Shown here piece by piece: positions 17,152 to 20,357 of a stretch of DNA of 20,357 bases. The notes under the pieces were generated by a model. The model worked only from the letters and a program-made list of their open reading frames with translations, searched no databases and was not told the origin of the DNA. The DNA is taken from NCBI GenBank assembly GCA_049314435.1, contig JBMOFD010000032.1:1-20357 (forward strand). Reading direction: 5' to 3'. How positions within the stretch are numbered: the stretch's first letter is position 1; every line of letters starts with the position of its first letter. Position numbers and translations under genes: made by a program. This DNA is from Chlamydiia bacterium. Its GTDB lineage: Bacteria; Chlamydiota; Chlamydiia; Chlamydiales; JBMOFD01.

Positions 17152-18924
17152 ATGAGCCTACGAGCGCTTCCCTATCTGCCGGACTCTCTTCTAGCGGGGT
17201 TCCCGGAATTAGAACGATACGCCTCCAAAATTCGCAGAGCTCGGCGAATTGGAGGAATAGCGCTGGGTTCGGAGCTTATTGCTCTTGGCCTGACCACCTA
17301 TGGGCTTGCTTCTCCAGAAGCGTTGGAATTCGCCTGGTTGGGGATCCTCATGCGTGTGGCAGGAGGCTTGTGTGCTAGTGTTGCGCAAAACAGGGCCGGA
17401 GCGGCGTGGAGCCTAGCTCTGCAGACCTTGCTGGGCCCGCTAAGAAGCTGTCAGCGATCCCTGCATGCTTTGCTTGTGCGGCACGGTCTGTCTGACGACG
17501 ACCTACAGACGCTCAGTTCGATTCCGCAAGAAGTCTACCAGCTAGAACTGCAGGGCTATCCGCGGCAGTTTCTGCTTAGTGTGGGGGCTCCTGTAGCCTG
17601 CGGCATTGGGCTCATCGTGACAGGCCAGTTTGGCTTGGCTGCCATAGTGATTCTGTTGGGACTGCTTGCGATGCCTGTTGGGGAATTTCTATATCGCCGA
17701 TTTGCGCTGCCTCAGGAGGTTGCTAGACGGCTTGCAGTCTCTGCTCAGATGCCTAGTGTATTGGACGGCTTATACCGATGCCACCAGCGGTTAGTCTTCT
17801 TTGTGAATCTCAGCGCGCAGCTCCCTCTGTTGCTATTTGCCGGTCGGATATACCTCGGACCGACCTTACTGCTCTCTTCATTTTGGGCGCTAAGCCAAGG
17901 GCTTGCAGGACTTGGGGGAATGCTGGCTTTTCAGCGACTCAGGGCAGCTTCACAAAGATCCGTCGAGCGAGTGGGCGCGCTTGTCCGTTCGCTAGAGGAC
18001 ACTTCTCTCCTCGTCACCAATCGACGCTGGATGGAACATCTTGCTGCAGGTGATAGTGCGTCCTGTCCGGACACGGCCGACTTTCGCGGTGTGGTACTGG
18101 ATGAATTTACTCCAAGGGTAGCGTCCGATCAATCCGTGCCGACACCTTGCTTTTCGGCCCGGATACCGGCAGGTGCCGCGGCTATAGTCGAAGCCCCTTC
18201 AGGCAGCGGGAAGTCGGTTCTGTTGCTGAGCTTGAGGCATCTTCTAGACCACGTTGGAGAACTAGTCTTTTGTGACGGAGGAGTTGCTGAAAATGCACAC
18301 CAGCTGACCCGTGAGCAGCTTGACGAGCGTATTCTACATGTCGAACTCGATGCTCTCCCGAAGGGTGCGCGAATTGTGGATCTCTTTAGCAGAGCTGCGA
18401 GAGCCTCCGCCGACAAGCTAAATGAAGCGCTTCAAACTACTATGTCCACCACCTTGGTGGATCTGGCTTGGCAGACAGAGGACGTCTTACTCCAAGCTGA
18501 AATAGCAACCATGCGGGCAGGAGGGAAGTCCTTGTTTCCCAGCAAAGCAGTTCCGTCCTTGATAGCCCTACGGGAGTGGCGCTGTGAATGGGTTCAGTCG
18601 TTGCTCAATCGTCAAAATGGACATCTGGGAGGGGGCCGAATCACCGCCCTCCGCAATATTGGATCATTGTCATCAGGTGAACGCCAGAGTTTGATAGGTC
18701 TGCTCACACTGGTAGAGGCCGGTCAACGCTCAAAGCTCGCGCTTGTTGTATTGGACGAGCCGCTAGCTCACCTGGATGCTCAGCAGAGGCAAGTTCAAAT
18801 GGAGCGCCTGGTCGGGCTTACGAAGCTGCCAAGAGCTCCAGCCTTGCTGGTCATCACACACGGCCATGCTCAGGAGATTGCGGGGACCTTGCCTGGCAGC
18901 CAGGTGATCACTCGGCCCTGTTGA
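17152..18924 (+). CDS. Divergent ABC exporter half-transporter (fused TMD plus ATP-binding domain)
   Basis: RBS GGAGG before the ATG. About 6 N-terminal TM segments, Walker A APSGSGKS (18193-18216), signature LSSGERQ (~18667), Walker B VVLDEP (~18751) and H-loop VITH. Confidence 0.85.
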   Translation: MSLRALPYLPDSLLAGFPELERYASKIRRARRIGGIALGSELIALGLTTYGLASPEALEFAWLGILMRVAGGLCASVAQNRAGAAWSLALQTLLGPLRSCQRSLHALLVRHGLSDDDLQTLSSIPQEVYQLELQGYPRQFLLSVGAPVACGIGLIVTGQFGLAAIVILLGLLAMPVGEFLYRRFALPQEVARRLAVSAQMPSVLDGLYRCHQRLVFFVNLSAQLPLLLFAGRIYLGPTLLLSSFWALSQGLAGLGGMLAFQRLRAASQRSVERVGALVRSLEDTSLLVTNRRWMEHLAAGDSASCPDTADFRGVVLDEFTPRVASDQSVPTPCFSARIPAGAAAIVEAPSGSGKSVLLLSLRHLLDHVGELVFCDGGVAENAHQLTREQLDERILHVELDALPKGARIVDLFSRAARASADKLNEALQTTMSTTLVDLAWQTEDVLLQAEIATMRAGGKSLFPSKAVPSLIALREWRCEWVQSLLNRQNGHLGGGRITALRNIGSLSSGERQSLIGLLTLVEAGQRSKLALVVLDEPLAHLDAQQRQVQMERLVGLTKLPRAPALLVITHGHAQEIAGTLPGSQVITRPC

Positions 18925-19079
18925 ACTAGGCAACCACCGGGCTTGTGTTTAGCGGGTCTTCAGTTGCGCGGCAGCACCGGCGGCGGCAGTGGGGCCACTG
19001 CGCTGAGCGCTCTTATGGCGGCTATAGGTTTCGCGCGGTTTGGTGCAAGGACGTAAAAGAGATGAGCAGGGTCCTCTCC

Positions 19080-20009
19080 TTATGGTGAGGACTGCTCATC
19101 GGCCAAAACCTCGGGCTGGTCCGTGACCTCCCCCGGGTAAGGTGCGCACCTTGCTCTGAGCTGAGCAATCTGATTCAACCATCGTTTGGCGGCATCATGG
19201 CTGATGGCGTAGTGCGCGAGAGGTTGGTGACTTATTAGTGGGCATTCCAGATTCGGAGCATCCTGGGACTCCGGCAGGGGATCCTCGACGCTACAGGCGT
19301 AGCCTTTCACGACTTCAATATGAATCGCCCCATCTCTCGTATAAATCCATGTGTCAGGGTTGGCATTTGGCCTCGAGAAAAATCTGTGCATAGCAAAAAA
19401 TCGGTCGATTGAAGCGTAGTCAGAGTAGTAGGTGCAGGCCGGTAGGGTCCCATTGCTAAAGTACAAAGCCCATAGGAGAGAGAAGTGGCAAGGTAAGGGT
19501 GTGTGAAGCTCTAGCTGTCCGGACAGGGCGTATGTGAGGATCCTCTCGATTTGAGATAGTGTGTACTCCAATTCCTCCGCGTCCTCGACACAGAAGCAAT
19601 CGCCTGAAGCCGTGTTTAGCCATATGGTCGACCAATCAAAACGCCGAACCACATGGGGATCATACTCATAGAGCAATATCTGCCATGCCAACTCATCATC
19701 GAGCTGGAATTCGATGTTCTGCGACGCCATCACTACATTCGGTCTGGCAATAGGTTGCTGGTCCTCACGGGTCTGCAGGAGACCGTTTTGATCAGCCATG
19801 CCTGCGCGCTGCAACATGTGCTGCCAGTGCTGGTCCATATCGTTCCAGGCTATTTCAATCCCATGGAGACATCCGTTGTCATTTGGGTAGAAAACCACGA
19901 TGGCGCCGTCAGCAACTCCCAGCCGTCGCGTATCATCGGGAATATACACCGAATTATCCAAAGCTGGTTGCCCATTCTTGGGAGGGTTTCGGTAGGGATA
20001 GTCGGACAT
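19080..20009 (-). CDS. Hypothetical protein: apparent fusion of a polymorphic-toxin (CdiA/Rhs-CT-like) domain, aa ~1-78, and an immunity-like domain, aa ~94-309
   Basis: 309-aa ORF with GGAG 7 nt before the ATG and an in-frame stop upstream. The N-terminal PPKNGQPALDNS..RRLGV..IVVF..LHG..W..LQRAGM..NG pattern resembles a toxin tip. The C-terminal LTYALSGQLELH..TWIY..DGAIHIEV..AKRWLNQ pattern resembles proteins found downstream of such toxins. The CDS itself is well supported; the domain calls are from recollection. Confidence 0.7.
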   Translation of the reverse strand: MSDYPYRNPPKNGQPALDNSVYIPDDTRRLGVADGAIVVFYPNDNGCLHGIEIAWNDMDQHWQHMLQRAGMADQNGLLQTREDQQPIARPNVVMASQNIEFQLDDELAWQILLYEYDPHVVRRFDWSTIWLNTASGDCFCVEDAEELEYTLSQIERILTYALSGQLELHTPLPCHFSLLWALYFSNGTLPACTYYSDYASIDRFFAMHRFFSRPNANPDTWIYTRDGAIHIEVVKGYACSVEDPLPESQDAPNLECPLISHQPLAHYAISHDAAKRWLNQIAQLRARCAPYPGEVTDQPEVLADEQSSP

Positions 20010-20357
20010 CTGAAAGCTCCAGGTTCAGGGGCTCTGATCATACGAGGACTCCAGCGTTTAGTTCCCAGGGCTCCGCAACCGCATCTAGGATAGTCGTTCT
20101 AGTCAGACCAAGGACTTCAGACAGCACGTGCTCGCCCTACCGCAACGACCGAACCCTAGAACTATTTTGAAAGTGGCGTGCATCCGCATCTCTTCACTGC
20201 ACACCGATGCCATGTCTTGGACGCCTCATGACAAATGCCTCACCGAACCTCTGCTGTAACTCGGTAAAAACCAGTCCCTTGCAACGCCATCGGCCATCAT
20301 CGCACAATCTCTTGGCCGAAAAAGTGGCCCCGTTGTAGATTTATGCCTGTCTTCAGC

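Noticed and set aside
18986..19001. GCAGTG/CACTGC hairpin between the convergent ABC and fusion genes
   Set aside because: Short stem with no U-tract on either strand; cannot be called a terminator.
20010..20357. Possible upstream toxin-delivery gene remnant or IS end at the right edge
   Set aside because: All three minus-strand frames are interrupted by stops, and I see no recognisable Rhs, CdiA or transposase motif or terminal inverted repeat. Flanking sequence is needed.

Overview
Most likely a high-GC member of Chlamydiae or a similar host-associated bacterium. This is inferred from an Npt/TLC nucleotide translocase, a Chlamydia-like tRNA-Thr/tRNA-Tyr pair without encoded CCA, and a giant DUF3638-type protein with an Inc-like hydrophobic hairpin. 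From left to right the window holds: the trailer end of a type I-E CRISPR array with degenerate and variant repeats; a probable integrative-element junction (consensus IHF site plus TGTCCC direct repeats) just 3' of tRNA-Tyr; the tRNA-Thr(TGT)-tRNA-Tyr(GTA) operon with its promoter; a perfect 41-bp palindrome; a ~3,230-aa SF2-ATPase (DUF3638-like) candidate effector; a small secreted protein plus membrane protein pair; an Npt transporter; a SAM methyltransferase; an MFS transporter; a small HxHF/Cys protein; a divergent ABC exporter; and an apparent in-frame fusion of a polymorphic-toxin C-terminal domain with an immunity-like domain. The most striking observation is CRISPR spacer 297-328. It looks like a fragment of a foreign tRNA-Tyr gene (compensatory stem changes), is flanked by atypical repeats, and also matches the neighbouring host tRNA-Tyr with a canonical AAG PAM and a perfect 11-nt seed. 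All family assignments are from motif recognition by eye; no searches were run.
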